DNA from: Zootoca vivipara
Lineage: Eukaryota
Direction: 5' to 3'
Assembly (NCBI RefSeq): GCF_963506605.1
Contig: NC_083292.1
Location: 15,190,001 to 15,254,000, forward strand
Length of the DNA: 64,000 bases
Both the position numbers and the translations under genes were made by a program. The notes under the pieces are model-generated. The model was not told where the DNA came from and ran no database searches. It saw only the letters and a program-made list of their open reading frames with translations. Of this stretch, positions 26,705 to 41,700 are shown piece after piece (the first letter of the stretch is position 1; every line of letters begins with the position of its first letter).

Positions 26705-29700
26705 TTAGTGGTGATGATGTTTTCTCTTTTCAGTCAGGAGAGTCATAACCGTGGCATAGAAAATATATCCCAGGAGGAGGAGGAAGGTACAGGTCACTGG
26801 ACTGATGCAGAACCACGAGGCAATGAAGTATACCATGAGTAAAGAAAGGAGAGTCCTGTAGCTTGCCAGAAACCGAAGGCTGACTCTTGGCTGTTGAATC
26901 TGCCCCAGCCTCTGCTGCCTCAGTGGGCTGTGCCTGGCCTTTTCCACAAGGGAGGGGTTGGTGAGATGGTAGCGGCAGAAGCTGCCAAGGAAGTTCTCTT
27001 TGGCACAAAGTCTCTCCATTTGGTCTGCAAACTAAGCATGGAGGGGGAAAAAGTCAATGCAAATAAGGAATGTTTGGTAAACACTTATGTCTGGATGATG
27101 AGAAATTAAGGACCGACTTCTTGATAGGTTTTGTCCTTTTGGAAAGGACCTGAATCAGTCTATTCTGCCCAACACACAAGCCCACTTTCAGCTTCAGGAA
27201 TGCAGTCAAAAGGAGCTCCCTTTAATGCAGCTGTTCAGGAAAGCCAAAGGTAGAGAATAACACCTGTCATATATGTTTAAACCTGCCAAGAGCACCAGCA
27301 ATTCCCCAAGCAGAGAATGTTGGCTTTCTTGGAGTGGGACTGATACCTTCGGGGGCAGAGCACATCTAGGGTGCGATACCATTAAGGGGTTGGATTCCTT
27401 CTCCAGCCTTTGCCACTGGACCAGGAGATCCACTTGGAGGCTTCATCCTACATCTTCCAGGAAGATGATCACACAAAGGAGAGGACCAGCCTGGCCCCAT
27501 TCATGGGCCAAAACAGCTTCCTTCCTCCTTTACTACCAGGGAAAAGCCTCAGCTCCAATTGCTGTTGGGTCTGAGACTGGAGGGAGAGTCTGGCAGCATC
27601 CAGAAGATGAAGGGCTGTTGCTGGGTGTGTGTGTCAGGGTTTACGGTGGTATATGATTACAGTGTGTTCCTTGTAAACTGCCTTGAAAAGCAACAGATTG
27701 AAATGAAAGGTGTCAATCTTCTGAACAGAAAGGAGCAGGGCAAGCACTGCGGAAAGAACACCCAGAGTGTATAGTTTTGGACATATGGACTCAGAAGGGC
27801 AGCAAGGAGATTTTGCACAGCACTTACTCGCTCATTAATGGCTGAGGACAGCCGAAACAGCAACCTCACAAGAGTGGTGCTTTCGTAACTTCGGATAGGC
27901 TGAAGCTCAGGATCTCCCTGGTACTCCACCTCAAACCTGCGTAGGCCGTTGATGATCTAGGAGAAGAGTTGTACTTTTAAGTTGTACCCTTACAAGGCGT
28001 TGAGCTTCAAGACTTTTTTTTTACAAGGCGGCAGCTCTTCAAAATTTTAAGAGCTATACAGTACAGGCTAGGCCATTGCAGACCCATTTAAGTCATAAAG
28101 GTGCTACAGGCAGAATTCAGGCAAGGTTACAGCAGCAGACCGAGATTGGCCTGCTTTTCAACTCATTAGATCCAACGCTTTATCAGTTTTTCTTTTTGAA
28201 GTTAAGAAAGATGTATTATACAGTGGTACCTCTAGTTATGAACTGAATTCGTTCCAGAGGTCCATTCTTAACCTGAAACTGTTCTTAACTAGAGGCGTGC
28301 TTTCGCTAATGGGGCCTCTTGCTGCCGCTGTGCCTCCAGCACACAATTTCCGTTCTCATCCTGGGGCAAAGTTCTTAGCTTGAGGTAACTCTTCCAGGTT
28401 AATGGAGTTTGTAACCTGAAGCATTTATAACCTGAGGCGTTTGCAACTCGAGGTACCACTGTACCTCTTAGAGGAATTCCAGTAAAGAACACAAAATCCT
28501 CTAACACTACTGGGGTGGGGTCTGGGGGTTGGCCTAAGCCTCTAAAACCCTTCCAAGGAGTGTTGAACAAGGGTTGTTTTGGCCCTTAATCTGGACTCAA
28601 ATCCTCAGCTACTCACAAGATTGCTGAAAAATTAATGTTGACTGCAACCTAACAAAACTGGCCAGGCCAGCCACCCTCTTACCTGGTACCTGCCAAGAGG
28701 TGTGAGAATCAGCCCGTCTTCACTCTCAATGCAGTCTGGAAGCTGCTTCTTCCCATTCTTATCCTGAGCTGCCCCCCAGTTCAACATCAGCTGGCTCAGC
28801 TGGGCTTCATTCAACTGGCAAACATCAATTTGAAAATGAGTTTATATAATTACTACACACCAAAAAGGCAAGCTGACACATCTTGGCAGCTAAGTAGCCC
28901 AAACACACAGCAGCAAGTGCTGAAATCTCTCCAAACAGTGTGTGAACCTGTTTCCATTTTCTCTCTTATTCCATCTAAGCCACTTCAAACACTTGAGGCC
29001 AGAAAGTGGCATATCAGAGATAAGGCTGTGCAGAGATGGGCAGGCGTGGAACTTGCACCACAGGGAAGGATCAAATTCTGCTCCTCACTTTCTCTCTGAT
29101 CCGTTTGAAGCTTAGTAATAATTTTATTATCTGTGCCCTGCCCATCTGAATGGGTTGCCCCAACCATTTCATAGCAGCCAACTCTCGGAAGTAAAGAGAG
29201 CTGTGAGCCCTCCAGGCGTGGAGACAAGATGCCTCGAAGTGAAGGCCATCACAAAAAAATACTTCCATCATTTTCTAAGAAGGGCTGTTCTATGAACACT
29301 CACTTTTTCAAAAGCTTGCCTCTCAAGTAATTTGCAGTTGCTACACAGAAAAAAAAAGCAAAATGTACAAAAGGGAAATCCTTAGGTCATCTGCTGTCTC
29401 CTGGGCAACCCTACTGCACCAAGAAACAGGAGAGCCTGCAGGAGGGAGCTACCCAAAAACACAGGAGTTCAGTGCTGAAATCTTGCTTCCAATATCCCTC
29501 TATGACTGAGTCTTAGGCAGCTAGACACATGTGTGACCCAGCCACCATGGCATGATGCCCAGAATGGTAAAGATTGTGTCATGTATGCATTGTGCCAGGC
29601 TGACTTACTTCCTGTTACAGGTTCAGGCTGTGCTGTGTGTGTATATCAATATAAATGTGTGTGTGGGTCAAGGGAATACAGCCCTTGACCCTGCAAAGGT

Positions 29701-32700
29701 CACCCATCCACAAATTAATCAGACCCCCCTGCATTGCAAATAAACATATTTGGGATATATTTTGTTGCCATACCCGAAATATCAGACAAAAGTATTCCAG
29801 GGCCTTCTCCAAGTATTCGTCTGTCTTTTTAATACTGTCTTGCCCCATTTCGTCCAAGTCATTGCCTGTGTAGGAGCCATTCAAGTCAGCTGAACCAAAG
29901 CGGAACCAGGAAAGAAAGGAATGGCTAGTTGTGGCCTCCACAGAGTGGTCTGATATGGATTTGGCTGTCTGCTGGGCCTGGCCAATGAGCTGGGACAATC
30001 GTAGCACCTGATGAAAGACAGCAAGGCAAGCAACTAAGGCAGAGGTCCCAAGAATATAAAGCTTGCCCTGACCAAGTGGCAGAGAAAGCATTGTGGGAAA
30101 CAAGAGTCTTAAGAGATCTGAGACAAACCACACCTCAGAATAAGTGCTGGCGGTTCTAGACTTCTGGTTTGCAAATCACTGGAAGTCGCTATGGTACAGT
30201 AAGGGAAGGCTCAATCTGCAGAGGTCCTGTCCGGAAGAATCTCCACTCTTTCAAACCTCCCAATTAAGCAACATGTTAGACTTGGCACCTGCAAGGCCAC
30301 CAAGGCACACCTCCCAAAATGTCACAATAACCACAAGTGGCAGCTTACCAGGCTCCTGACTTCTGGCCCAAACATCTGCTTGTACTGGAAGTCCTGTCCT
30401 TCAAGGCCATAGACATGGCTCTTCACCTTAAATGAAGCATCTGTGATGGTCGGAGCTCGGGATGACAGGAAGCTCCCTCCGAGAGACGAAGGGCTAACGA
30501 AGAGGCGGTGCTGGCGGTGAGGAAGGGCAAGGTCTGTTTCCAGAAAGAGCTGCTCTCCTGCAAAGGGATGGGGGGAAGCAACACCTTTTGCACGATTGCC
30601 CCAATGTAATCTGCTACAAGGTAGCCTTACTGCTAGCACCTTCAACTGGCAGCCCCAAAGGATGGGCTCTTATGACCACTGATCAGCTGCCCTCAGGAGG
30701 CAAAGGTGTCAGCCGCCATGATGTGATATAGCAGCCTTCTGCAGCCCCATTGTACGCCATGGTTGTGCTGGGGCTGGAGTCTAAACTATGCAGAGCAGTC
30801 CAGGTTGAGGAAAGTTGCCATGCAGGATTTGGGCTTGGGGGACTCTAAGCTTCTATTCTCATCATGGTCAGTGGCAGTGGCTCTCACACCAGGAGCTTTT
30901 CGGTAGTGATTTAGACAAGCAGCCAAGCCAGCCAGATTTGTCACCTCGTCCACCCTGATGGCTTTTCCTATTTGCCAAGGGGGAAAGCAATAGGCAGGTT
31001 GCTGAGGTAGACAGAAAGGGGGCAGGTTTCTCGTGCTCTCTGTTTTACCTTTCTGGATCATTTCAGCAAGGTTGGGCTGAGCGAAAACTTTGGCCACCCT
31101 GAAGACCATCAGGGCATTCTTGGGGCTGACCAAGTCGGTGCGGAGAGCTCGGGTCATGAAGCTGACAAAGAGCTTGGTGTACATCAACAAGTTCTCCTGA
31201 ACAAAAGAGGCCCTTTTAAGAGAACACAAAGGGACATATTACGTAGCCAGCAAGAGGACTGCCCTTTCCCTGCCACTGAGTGAGGGGGGCCTGCAAGATT
31301 ATGCTGTGAGCACCTCCAAATTGGGAGGATGTGCATTCCAAGCAGGCAAGAATTTAAGGAGACAAGGCTTAGGAAGCCTCCTCACTTTGGTGACAGGTTC
31401 TTTTCTTACTTCCATGACAATGACCTTCACTAACAAGGGCAGAGCAGGAATTGGGGACAAGTCTGATACAGCAAAGCTTCTCCGTGTGGGCACCCACAAC
31501 CACTGCAGTCATTCACAAGTCAAAACAGGGACACAAGTGGCCACCAGTGGCAAAGGGTCACTGCCCAGATCAGACCTTTTGTATTCCAAAGCATTTGGAG
31601 GGGCACCAGGCTGGGGAAGGCTGGCCTGGAACCATCATACACGGCTCTCAACCTGCTCACTGTGAGTTTCCCCTCCATCTGCAGTGACTCAGACCATCCT
31701 AACACCCACCATTTCTCTGGCACGCTGCGAGGCAGGGACGACTCGACACTCGGAAGGGGCTTCTCAGGCGCATATCTCCAAGGCTGCAAGTAGCTCAGCC
31801 ACATCTCCAGTACCTGGGACAAGAAGTTTAGTTTTTCATTACAGTTGGTTTCACTGAACAGTTGTGTTCAGCAACTAGTTTCCCTGAACTTGTGGACTTT
31901 GTGAAGATTTGGGTCAGCAGCCTTGTCCTACTGGCTTTCCCACCCACTCAACACACACAGAGATGACAGAGTCAGAAGTGGAAACTCTGTGGTGGTGGTG
32001 ATGAGCAGGTCTTTCGGTTAGCACATAAAAGCTTCCTTGTCAATCTGTGCCGACTTACCTATGCTATCCATGCAGCCCTTAGCACTTGTGATGAGGTGCA
32101 GGTGCAAAACAGTTTTGAAAACCAGGGTCGGCCTTTTTATAAAAGCAACAACAGACAAATTCCAGGTGATGCTTATCCACTGGGATGCCAGCCCAGACAC
32201 CTATTGGCTTTCTAAGCCTTTGGCAAAAAGATCGTGACATTTTCATGCTTTTTCCTATGCTTTATGAGGACTAGCAACTTGATCCCACTTTTTTTTTAAG
32301 GCCACATTTCCAAAATTTACAAGAATGGAAAAATGCTGCATGCTGGAAAAAAATTGGCCCTAACACTCTCCTCTGTTCAGCACAGTCCACACAAAACAGA
32401 ACGTTCAATGGAGGTACTTACAGCTCTGAATGAAGCATCCAAGGGCCAGTGACCAAAGCAGTGCTGCAGAAATATGTAGAGTTTTTGCTGAACGAATCGG
32501 GGTATCACAATTCTGCAAACACATGAGAGATCCCCCCAAGATAAGATAAGCAAAGCAAAGCAGGAGGCAAGAATAACATTTGGGTATGGAAACAGAGAGG
32601 CGTCTCCAGCTCAATGTACCATACAGATGTCCACTCTATGCATGCTTGTGTGTTTTTAAAAGGAGGCTGTGAAATGTGCTTAGTTTCTTGGTTTATGCCA

Positions 32701-35700
32701 CAGAGGGAATCTGTGATTTTTATTCCATTCTCTTCTTCAGGGAACAGAGATAGGATTCATGGCACAGGAAAAATCATGAGAGCTGGCCCTCTCCTGCAGG
32801 TTTACTCCCTGATCCACAGGGTGCTGACCTGAACAAGCCTAGAACAAACCTACCTCTTGAATTCCTCCAGCGGGCTGGCAGTGTGGGAATGCCCAGAAGG
32901 AGAAACTGAATCCGGCTTCAGGCTGTTGCTGAAAGCATGGAGGTGCTTCACGAGTAGCCGGATGACCAAGACGTGCTCCTCCGTTGGCTTAAACGACTCC
33001 TGGATCAGAAGCAGAAGCAAGAGGAAGAGGAGCAGGGGAAGAGGAAAAAGGAGTAAGTCCTCTCCCTGCCAGAAAGGAAGGCCAGGAGGGAGGAGGGGGT
33101 GAAGAGAAAGGGCGAAGAGAGCTGAAGCGCTACAGAGCAGAGCACAGAGGTGTCCGCAGACCCTTTAGTTTAGTTCCCGGCCAACCAAATTGCAGAACTG
33201 AAGTGTGTCCCACACTTCCATCCTGAGTGTAGGAAGGCAATTTCGCCTACTGCTGAGAAGGGAGTGAGCAACTCATTCCAGTACAGATGTGACTAAGTTG
33301 CCCAGGGCTGTTTACAAAGTGGCTCAAACTACTTTGCCTTCCTGACCACACTCAGGGCATCCGCTGCAACCACCCGCCCCGCAGAAAGCACAAGCACAAC
33401 ATCCGCCCACCAGCCAAATGTTGCCAATGAAGCTTTGCAATCACGGGATAAGAAAAAGGATCCCCTTGTGGACTGAGGAAAGGTTAAGGAACAGGAAGTA
33501 GAGACTGGGAACAAATTAAGACAGTTCTCCCAATGGCGGAATGAAAGAAACAGGGTCCCCAAAGGAGGACAGGTACTTTTTAACTTGCTCATAAAACATC
33601 TATGGAGCTTAGGGGTAAGCAGTGAGGAAGCAAGGTTTGTTAACGATACCGAATTGTTCAGGGTGATTAAAACAAAATGGAATCGTGAGGAGCTCCAAAA
33701 TGATATCTCCAAACTAGGTGAATGGGCAGTTGGGTGACAAGTGCAATTCAATGTAAGCAGCATTAAGTGATGCACATATCGGGGTTAAAACAAACAAACA
33801 AACCCACACCCCAATTCCACCAATAAGCTCAAAAAGTCTGAACTGGCAGTGACATACTATGCACTTCCCCTTTGCTGCTTCACCTTAGGCAGCAAAATGC
33901 CTTGGAACAGCCCTGCCAAATGTGGCTGGACTTCCGACTTCCATCAGCCCCAGTCACAATGGCAAATGACGGGAGTTGCAGGGCAGCAATATTGCGAAAG
34001 ATAAATGTTTCCCCCTTCTGCAGTGTATCTGAAGAAGTGTGCATGCACATGAAAGCTCATACCTATGACAAACTTAGTTGGTCTCTAAGGTGCTACTGGA
34101 AGGATTTTTTTTCCCCCGACTACGTCAGACCAACACGGCTGCCTACCTGTAACAACCCCCTTCTGCAGTGAGGGAAAAACCGCTTTGCTATGCTTAAACT
34201 GAGAATCCCAGCTGATCAAGATTTTTCTCCCCTCTCAAAATATTTGGTATGGCTGTGGACAAGGTGTAGCCATGCATTACCACCTAGGTCACCTTCCTAG
34301 TCTTTATTACATTATTATTATTACCTTAAACCCTGAGGTGTAGAACACTTTTTCTGGTTGCTCCTTTCTGGGGCCCACCACAATTCCAGTGAAGAGGCCC
34401 ATTTTATAGGAGGCAGTGGGATGGAAGTTAATGCACCAAAAATCTCACCTTTAGGGAGGAGATTCACGAGGTGATCCTAACACAGCAAACTCCTAATAAT
34501 TCCCAGCATCTAAAATGATGCTGTAACCACTTTCTAAATCATGAAGACTAGAAAGCTGCTCTTGAAAATAATATAAAGGCAGGATCTTCACGAATGAACA
34601 CCACACACAATGCCCTTTTGACTGGCCCCTGTCACCACCAAGGAATTGAAGGGATGAAGGAAAACAAAGAAACAATCCCAGCAGCCATGATCTGTGCATG
34701 CACATTTTTGTTACAATCTGCAAACATGCAGTCCCCCAGACGAGTCCTTTCAAGCTGTCTATGGGGTTTTTAGCCCTGTGCAGCTGCTCTTAACTGGAAG
34801 CGGATTATGATGATGTACGTATGTGTTTTTATTAAAAAAAGATACCCACATACACACTGAATCAAGGCAAGACTAATGCTGTCCCCAAGCTCCTCTTTCA
34901 TCGACAGGATCAGGGTGAGAAAGCGGCACACAGCCCAGTTAGCAAAGCAAACGTCTGTGGCAAAGGGGTGCTCCAAACCTCTCCTTTCATCAAGACTTGC
35001 AAGCAGACCCCGGTGCTCTTCCTAATCCAGGGATGGGCAGCATCTTTTCAGATATTGCAGAGATTCCCAGCAGTCCATGTGGCCAATGGTCAGGGGTGAT
35101 GGGACCTGGTAGGTAGTCTGGAGGTTCTCCATAGGTTCCCCACCTGTTCTAAGCTGTGCTGGGCCTTAAAAGGCTTCATCTCTTCTCTGCAGTTATCACC
35201 CACTGGCATATTCCAGGAGTTAGAGAGGAGAAGCTGCTAGCTAAATGGCTTTTGTGCTCAAGCTCGTGAACAGCTGATCTAACTGGACATGGGCTTTCCT
35301 AGCAATGCCGTGGCAGCTTCTGACACACTCAAAGTCACCAGACTCTGGCAACTCCATAGAAAGGAGAAGCCCGACACATTTCCCCCTCCTTGTGTGGGTG
35401 GAGCATCTCAGGAGGTTGTTGCTGTCTAGGGTAAGGAACTGGGAGAATGAGCGACATTTGGGAAAATCCATTACCTGGACTTGGCATTGTTTTCTGTGCT
35501 CCCTGGGAAATAATAGGCCCACAGGAGCAGGCCCACGTCACTCTCAAAATCCTCTTTACAACAGCAGCCCCACAGAATGAACTTTTCCACCCACCCCCCA
35601 ATGTCTGCCCAGAGCACACTGCAAACTGTAGGAAGGATCTTTCCTTTTTTAATTTTTAGACAAATAAAATGAAATCGGGGGGGGGGGAGGAGAAAGAAAG

Positions 35701-38700
35701 AAAAGAAAACTGAAAATACTTGGTATGTGTGGAGGGCCTGGAAGCTGGATTGGGCAGGATTACTGCGGTGGGCACTGGAGATACTGAGCCGGTATTGGAG
35801 AACCTCCAGCTGAGAGACACAACACAAAAGGGGGGAGCGGGGGGGGGGTAGAAGAGGCAAACACAAAAATGGAAAGAAACAGGGGGGAAACAACCAGTGA
35901 GAATGAGCCCAGGAAGGAAGGGGGGACAAGGGGAAAAAAACAAAAAGCAAAACCCAAGAATGAGTCACAAATGAATGACAAATACAACCAATGGGAAGAG
36001 GGACACACAACAGCAACAACAACAACAGCAACACATCCTTGGAGCAAAATAGCCTGAAGCAAAGTCTGACCCCCCTTTTCTCACGTTGCGCAAACATTTT
36101 CAGGATGCAAGCTCTTCTCTGGAACCCCAACGCCAAGGTGTTTTGGCAGCGAGGGACAGCAGAGAAGAATTAGGCAGCAAGGGCTGGGGGCTCCTGGATT
36201 GTGGGTGTTTGGCTCAAAATGGCAAAACTGGAGAGAAGCTGGGATTTCTCTCTACGCAGCAAGGCAGTTCTCACACACATTTTGGCTCCTGGAACTGTGG
36301 AGGTGGTTCGAGACTTTGCAGCAACAGTTAGAATTTAACGTCAACAACTGGATTCTAGGAAACCCAAGTCACAGTTATGAGCCTCAAGATTTACCAGGAC
36401 TTTTCCAATCAGCTTTTGCATCGTGTTTGGGGCCTTCTGTCTGTGTCCACAAACAAGCGCCACTGGGCCCTGGCAAAGCAGCCACACAAGGAGTCCTGCA
36501 CCTTGTGCTGGGTGTGCACTGATCTGATCAAGTGTACACCAGGCCAGGCCAGGCCAGGCCAAATTCAGGTAAAAGAAGAGGCAAAGCAGCTGCAGGTGAG
36601 GATGCAACGAATCAAGGGCACTTAGCCTGGTAAACAAACACCAAGGATCTCAAGCCACTGGGAGCAAAGGCTCCAATGCAAACATCTCCCCTGCCTGCAC
36701 AGCAAAATATGCAACTGTGGGCCTGGAACTCATGATTCCCTATGAAAACATTAAGAGAAAATAGTCAAGTCAGCCTCCAAAGCTGATCAGTTGGGGGAGG
36801 GTGGAGAGAGGGAATGCCGTTTTTGCCACAAGAGAGTGAAAGCCAAAACAAAGTGTTTGTATACAGCCCCAAGACCACTCTCTTGGCAAATCTGGTTCTA
36901 AGTAGGCCGATCCCCAGACCCTGCTTTTCCTGGATCTCTCTGGCCCTGGACTCTCAAATTTAGAAATGCAGCGCAGTAGCAGCTGGCACTAGAAACTGTT
37001 ACAGATATTAAAATATGGGATGCAAACAGAATACAGTACACACAACCAACAGTGATGCCCCGCGCCTCCCTCCCTGCAACAGCATGTGGAGAAACACAAA
37101 CAGGATGGCAAGTAGGCATGAGACTGGGGGAGGAAAGAAAAGACGGGCATTTTCAAGGAAAGAAGTAGTGAACTGTATACAATGTCATGCACACTCAGAA
37201 ATACTTTGCTGAGAACTGCCAAGCATACAGGCTTCAGTAGATGACAGGTGCAGTTGATTAACATATGACTGTTTGGGGCTGGCTGGTGGCTTTACTTTTT
37301 ACTCACATATATTCCCAAGATTTTAGGGTGAAGGATGTGTGTATGTGTGCGTCAAGAAATCCAGTAAATTTAAGTATGTGCGTCAAGAAATCCACTGTAA
37401 AATTAAGTAAGAGCTGATGCCACCGCCTTCAGAAAGGAAAGTGTAACGTTTTCAGTTCAAATCCTAACTAAAGCAAGCCCCCAACCCTGCCCCCCAACCG
37501 CAGGCAATACAAGGGTGTTTTTATTTACTTGCAACATTTTTTACACCACCAATGGAAGAAAAAGTTCTCTGGATGAAATACAGAAAGGGAAATGTAAAGC
37601 ATAGCACATAAAATCAGAAACAAATTTGAAAACACCACCAGAATAAAACCTGTGATAAAGAAACCAAGTATCTACAAAGCACTAAAACGTGGGTTTAAAA
37701 AAGGGAAACTGGAAATCCTGGGAAAACAGAAAGTTCTTCACCTAGTTCTCACAAGACTGCATTTCAGGGGAGATGTGAGCATCTCTTTCCCAGGAGAGCA
37801 TTCCATAACTGGAGAGCCACCATCATACCATCATAGAGGCCCTTCCTTGCAGAACCACGTGCATCCCTATTTTGGCCACCTAGGAGAAGAAGAGCTCAGC
37901 ATCCCACAGCCAGGCTCTCCTGAGATCCGGGCACACCAGCAAAATATCCACCTAAGGCCTCTGGAATATGAATCCATTCACCTCCAGGTCTCCCCACACT
38001 TGCAGAGTGGAAAGGCTGCCAAATGCCCACACCTCAATGGGAAATGTTCCAACCACAAGAAGAGGAAAGATGTTGTCAAGACTACCACCCTTCTGCCTGA
38101 TCAAGGGTGTGCTGATATCCTTGTTGGGGCGAAGATATGCTGGGGCAGCCCCCATGGCTGCCATGAAGTCCTGAACTACCATGGAAGTTGAAACTATCCC
38201 AACATGAAATCAGAGATGGTCTCTCACTCAGGTAGGGAGGTGGGTGGTGTACCAGCAGAACCCCCAATCTGCCCCAGGTTCTCTATGCAAGAGACTCCAG
38301 GTTAGCATTAGAGTAATACTAAACCTACTGAATTCTTGCAACAACCACAGTAAGCATCATCAAGTTCAACATAAATCCCTCAAGCAAAAAAACCCCTAAG
38401 GTTTAGGGATGGCCCTTTACAGCTCCCATCCTGCAGGCAGAGAACCTTCACCCACAGAGGTCCACCAATGTTTAAATAGCATCTGATATTCAGTGAAGTA
38501 TGATTGTCATTTGGTATACTGGTTTGCTGTTATTTCATCTTGCAACTCTGTATTGCTCCCCCTTTTTTTCTTTGTTACTTTTCTTTCTTTTTTTCAGTGT
38601 CTACATGTTTTTGTAAACAACAAACATTCAATAAAAAGTTGCACTGGAGAGCAATGTTTGCCGAGAACTTTCCCTAGCATCATAATTAGGGCCTGCCAAA

Positions 38701-41700
38701 AACTGCCTACCAAATTCATGACTTTCCTCTCAGGCAGTTTTAATTACAGTCATACCTCGGTTTAAGTACGCTTCGGTTTGAGTACTTTCAGTTTAAGTAC
38801 TCCACGGACCCGTCTGGAACGCATTAATCTACTTTCCATTACTTTCAATGGGAAAGTTTGCTTCAGGTAAAGCACGCTTCAGGTTAAGTACGGACTTCCG
38901 GAATCAATTGTGTACTTAAACCGAGGTACCACTGTACTTCTAACTTGAACAACACAGACATTCCAAGAGATGCAATGCTCACAGCCTGCATACCAGCATC
39001 TGCGGGAATCAAGCTTCCCTCAGCTTTGACATAAAGTAAAGCCTTTCTCCATTGACTGGAACTCCTCTCTTGAGTGCTGATGTATCAAAGAAACCCACTT
39101 CAGCCCTAACTTGCTTTTATTTAAGTGCCAACAGCCTCTCCTCACTCTGCAGCTCTTGTCATTAAGCATTAAACAGAGCTAGGCAGCAGCAATTGCATTT
39201 CCCTGCAGCCCCTCAAACTGGGAGGCCAGCAAGCAAGACATGCCCAAGCTCAGCCCCTTACCTTGATGTGAGGGGATTGCATTTTCTGGTACATGTCCAG
39301 AGAGTAATGATGAAGCCACATTTCAACAAAAACCTAGGAAGAGAAGAACTTGTTCACTTGCCTGAATAGGACCAAAGAACCTACTACAGCAGTAGCCAGG
39401 CCTTTGGAGTGATTTCTGCTCCTGGGGTCTGGTCTGAAGCTGTTTCAAGACATAGCTCAATCAGTGTTGGACATGGCTAGTTCAAGAAACCAAGTGGTCA
39501 GGTACGTCTGTGCTAGCTGACTTGTCGTCGTCCCCCCCCCCAGATTAGGGATCTACAGAGCTTGGGATTCTGGGGCAGGGAAACAGCAGAAAGGTACTAA
39601 AAGGCAGGTAAATGCAATGAAGGCCTATGCCTAAAACCCTTTTTGATTCCTTGAACCCCTCATGGGGAAAAATGTAATCAGATAAACCTCTGTAACCTTC
39701 CAGATATTGTTGGATTCTAACTCCCAGCAGCCCACATATTACAAGGGGATGGGGAGTTGTTACCCAGCAACACTTGGGAGGGAGGCAGGCTCCCCCTCTC
39801 CTACAGGCAAAGCAAACTCTTCTTTTTCTTAAAGGTGTGTTTCCCCAGTTGCCCAGGCCCCGCCCAGAAGTAGGCCTGGTATTCCACAATTGCCTGTCCC
39901 TCACCCTGCTGAGCTAAAGTAATATCCCCGAAGAGCTTGCAGCAACAGCCAGGGCAGAGCAGTCGCTGCACCACAGCCTCCTTCCCTCCCGGGCACACCT
40001 GAAGCATGGTTTCCGATCTCCAGATCTCCTGGGAAGCGGGGTCTGCATTCACCGAAGTCTGGTGAGCAACATGTCTTTTCAGAAGGCTTGTTGGATGCAT
40101 CCCGTAGGAGCTGAACGACATTGCAGGAGATCTAGAGGGGAGGAGAAAGAAAAGACACAAATTTAAAAAACCCAGAAAGGGTCACCCAAACAGGATAGTA
40201 GAGGGAGTAGTCAGGGTTGGGCCTAAGGACGAAGTGGAGCAGGGAAAAATCTGCACTATGGCCTCCATCAGTGTAGAACAGCATTTTTTTTCCCTCCCCA
40301 AAATTGGGTTTAGTCTCCATTTCAGATGGAAATTTAGAATTCACCCACTCAAAGCTTCATTGCAAGAGCAGAGCTATACTGTTGGCTGGGATATAGAGAT
40401 GACTTCTGCTACCATCTTTGTACACCGTGAACCTGTAATCTGGAAAACTAGGACATGTACTCACCGGGGAGCAGGTGATGGGACAGCCCCTCCTGCATCG
40501 GAAGAGGAGGGGGGTGGAAGGACAATCCCTTCTGTGGGCAGGAACCACTTCAAGTACCGATCCACTAGGACAAAGTAAGCACTGTTGGACATGCTGATAT
40601 GATAGGCCGTGGAGATGTTCTGAAACACAGAGGAGAGAAAATCCCAAGTCATTCCTCTTATGGTATCAACTCAACTAGAGAACTTTATGGGTAAGCCAAA
40701 AAAAATCAAGCTACTCAAAAGCATAATTTTCTATCACACTATGTCTGGCTCCTCTTCTGTTTTCCTCTGGAGGAGCATTCCTCTATGACGGTAGCTCCCA
40801 CCAACAGCCTGGCATGGTCCATGAACCAGATTTTAACCACCCTCTCTGCCGTTTTGTGAGAAACGAGCCTGGTACACAACGTGCTACAGTGAGAGTTCAA
40901 CAGCAGAGGCAGTGAGGACCTGCTAGGAAGTGGCAATTCTGCAGGGCTCAGCCCCCCCTCGCCCCACTTGTTTAGCAACCCTACACTCCCGCCACTCTCT
41001 TCTTAGTGCAAAGCATTCAGGTGACAAGCTGAAACGGTTAAGCACACTTTAGTGCCAAGGGAAAGACTGACAGGCAGAGTATTTCAAGCACTTAAAGAAG
41101 CTATTTATACAAATATTGACTTTACACCACCAAACATCATGGCAAGTGTGGAGGGGGAGGGAGAGGTGGGTCAACAAGGTATAATCAGCAAGAGGCACGA
41201 AACTATGCTGCAACTTCTCATCTCATTTGCATAGCAAACAGTAGGCAATGCACTGAAAGAAGCAGCTGCCTTTTTGTTTACCTTCGGTGTAATCAGGCTT
41301 AATGCAAAGTAGAACATGTAATATTCAAAGGGATCTGGCAGCAGAGTCAAGGATAAAGTCCAACAGAAAACATGAAGAAGCATCAAGTCTTGGCCATTCA
41401 AGACCATCCAACAAACAAAGTGTCAATAGTCAGTGTTTTATTCTATTCTCAGGATTTGGGAGTGTGGGTGGGAGTGCCCCTTCTTGTCAAACACTTTATC
41501 AACATGGCAAGACACTTAAAAATGCAGCTAAAAACAGAAGGAAAAACAGCTAAGGGAGAAATCCAAGATAGACACTGAGAAAGATCACAGTTTGCAGGCT
41601 GCAGGCATGCAAAGAACCAAAATGACTTCCCTCCACAATGGTGGGGAAACTGGTGGGAGTGTAACAATCCGCTTGTTCCCCAGGCTTCTAAGAGCTGGCA

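Noticed and set aside
26705-26730. SMPD4 C-terminus KRKHHHH as an ER-retrieval or metal-binding tail
   Set aside because: The lysines are not at the -3/-4/-5 positions of KKxx or KxKxx signals, and four His residues are too few to infer function.
37340-37410. Short local tandem duplications (also ~45620-45655, ~59818-59855, ~61867-61900)
   Set aside because: Two-copy slippage events with no spacer structure; not CRISPR-like and no functional signal.
37652-38191. 179-aa plus-strand ORF inside an SMPD4 intron as a nested gene
   Set aside because: Non-ATG start and antisense to a decayed LINE endonuclease relic.
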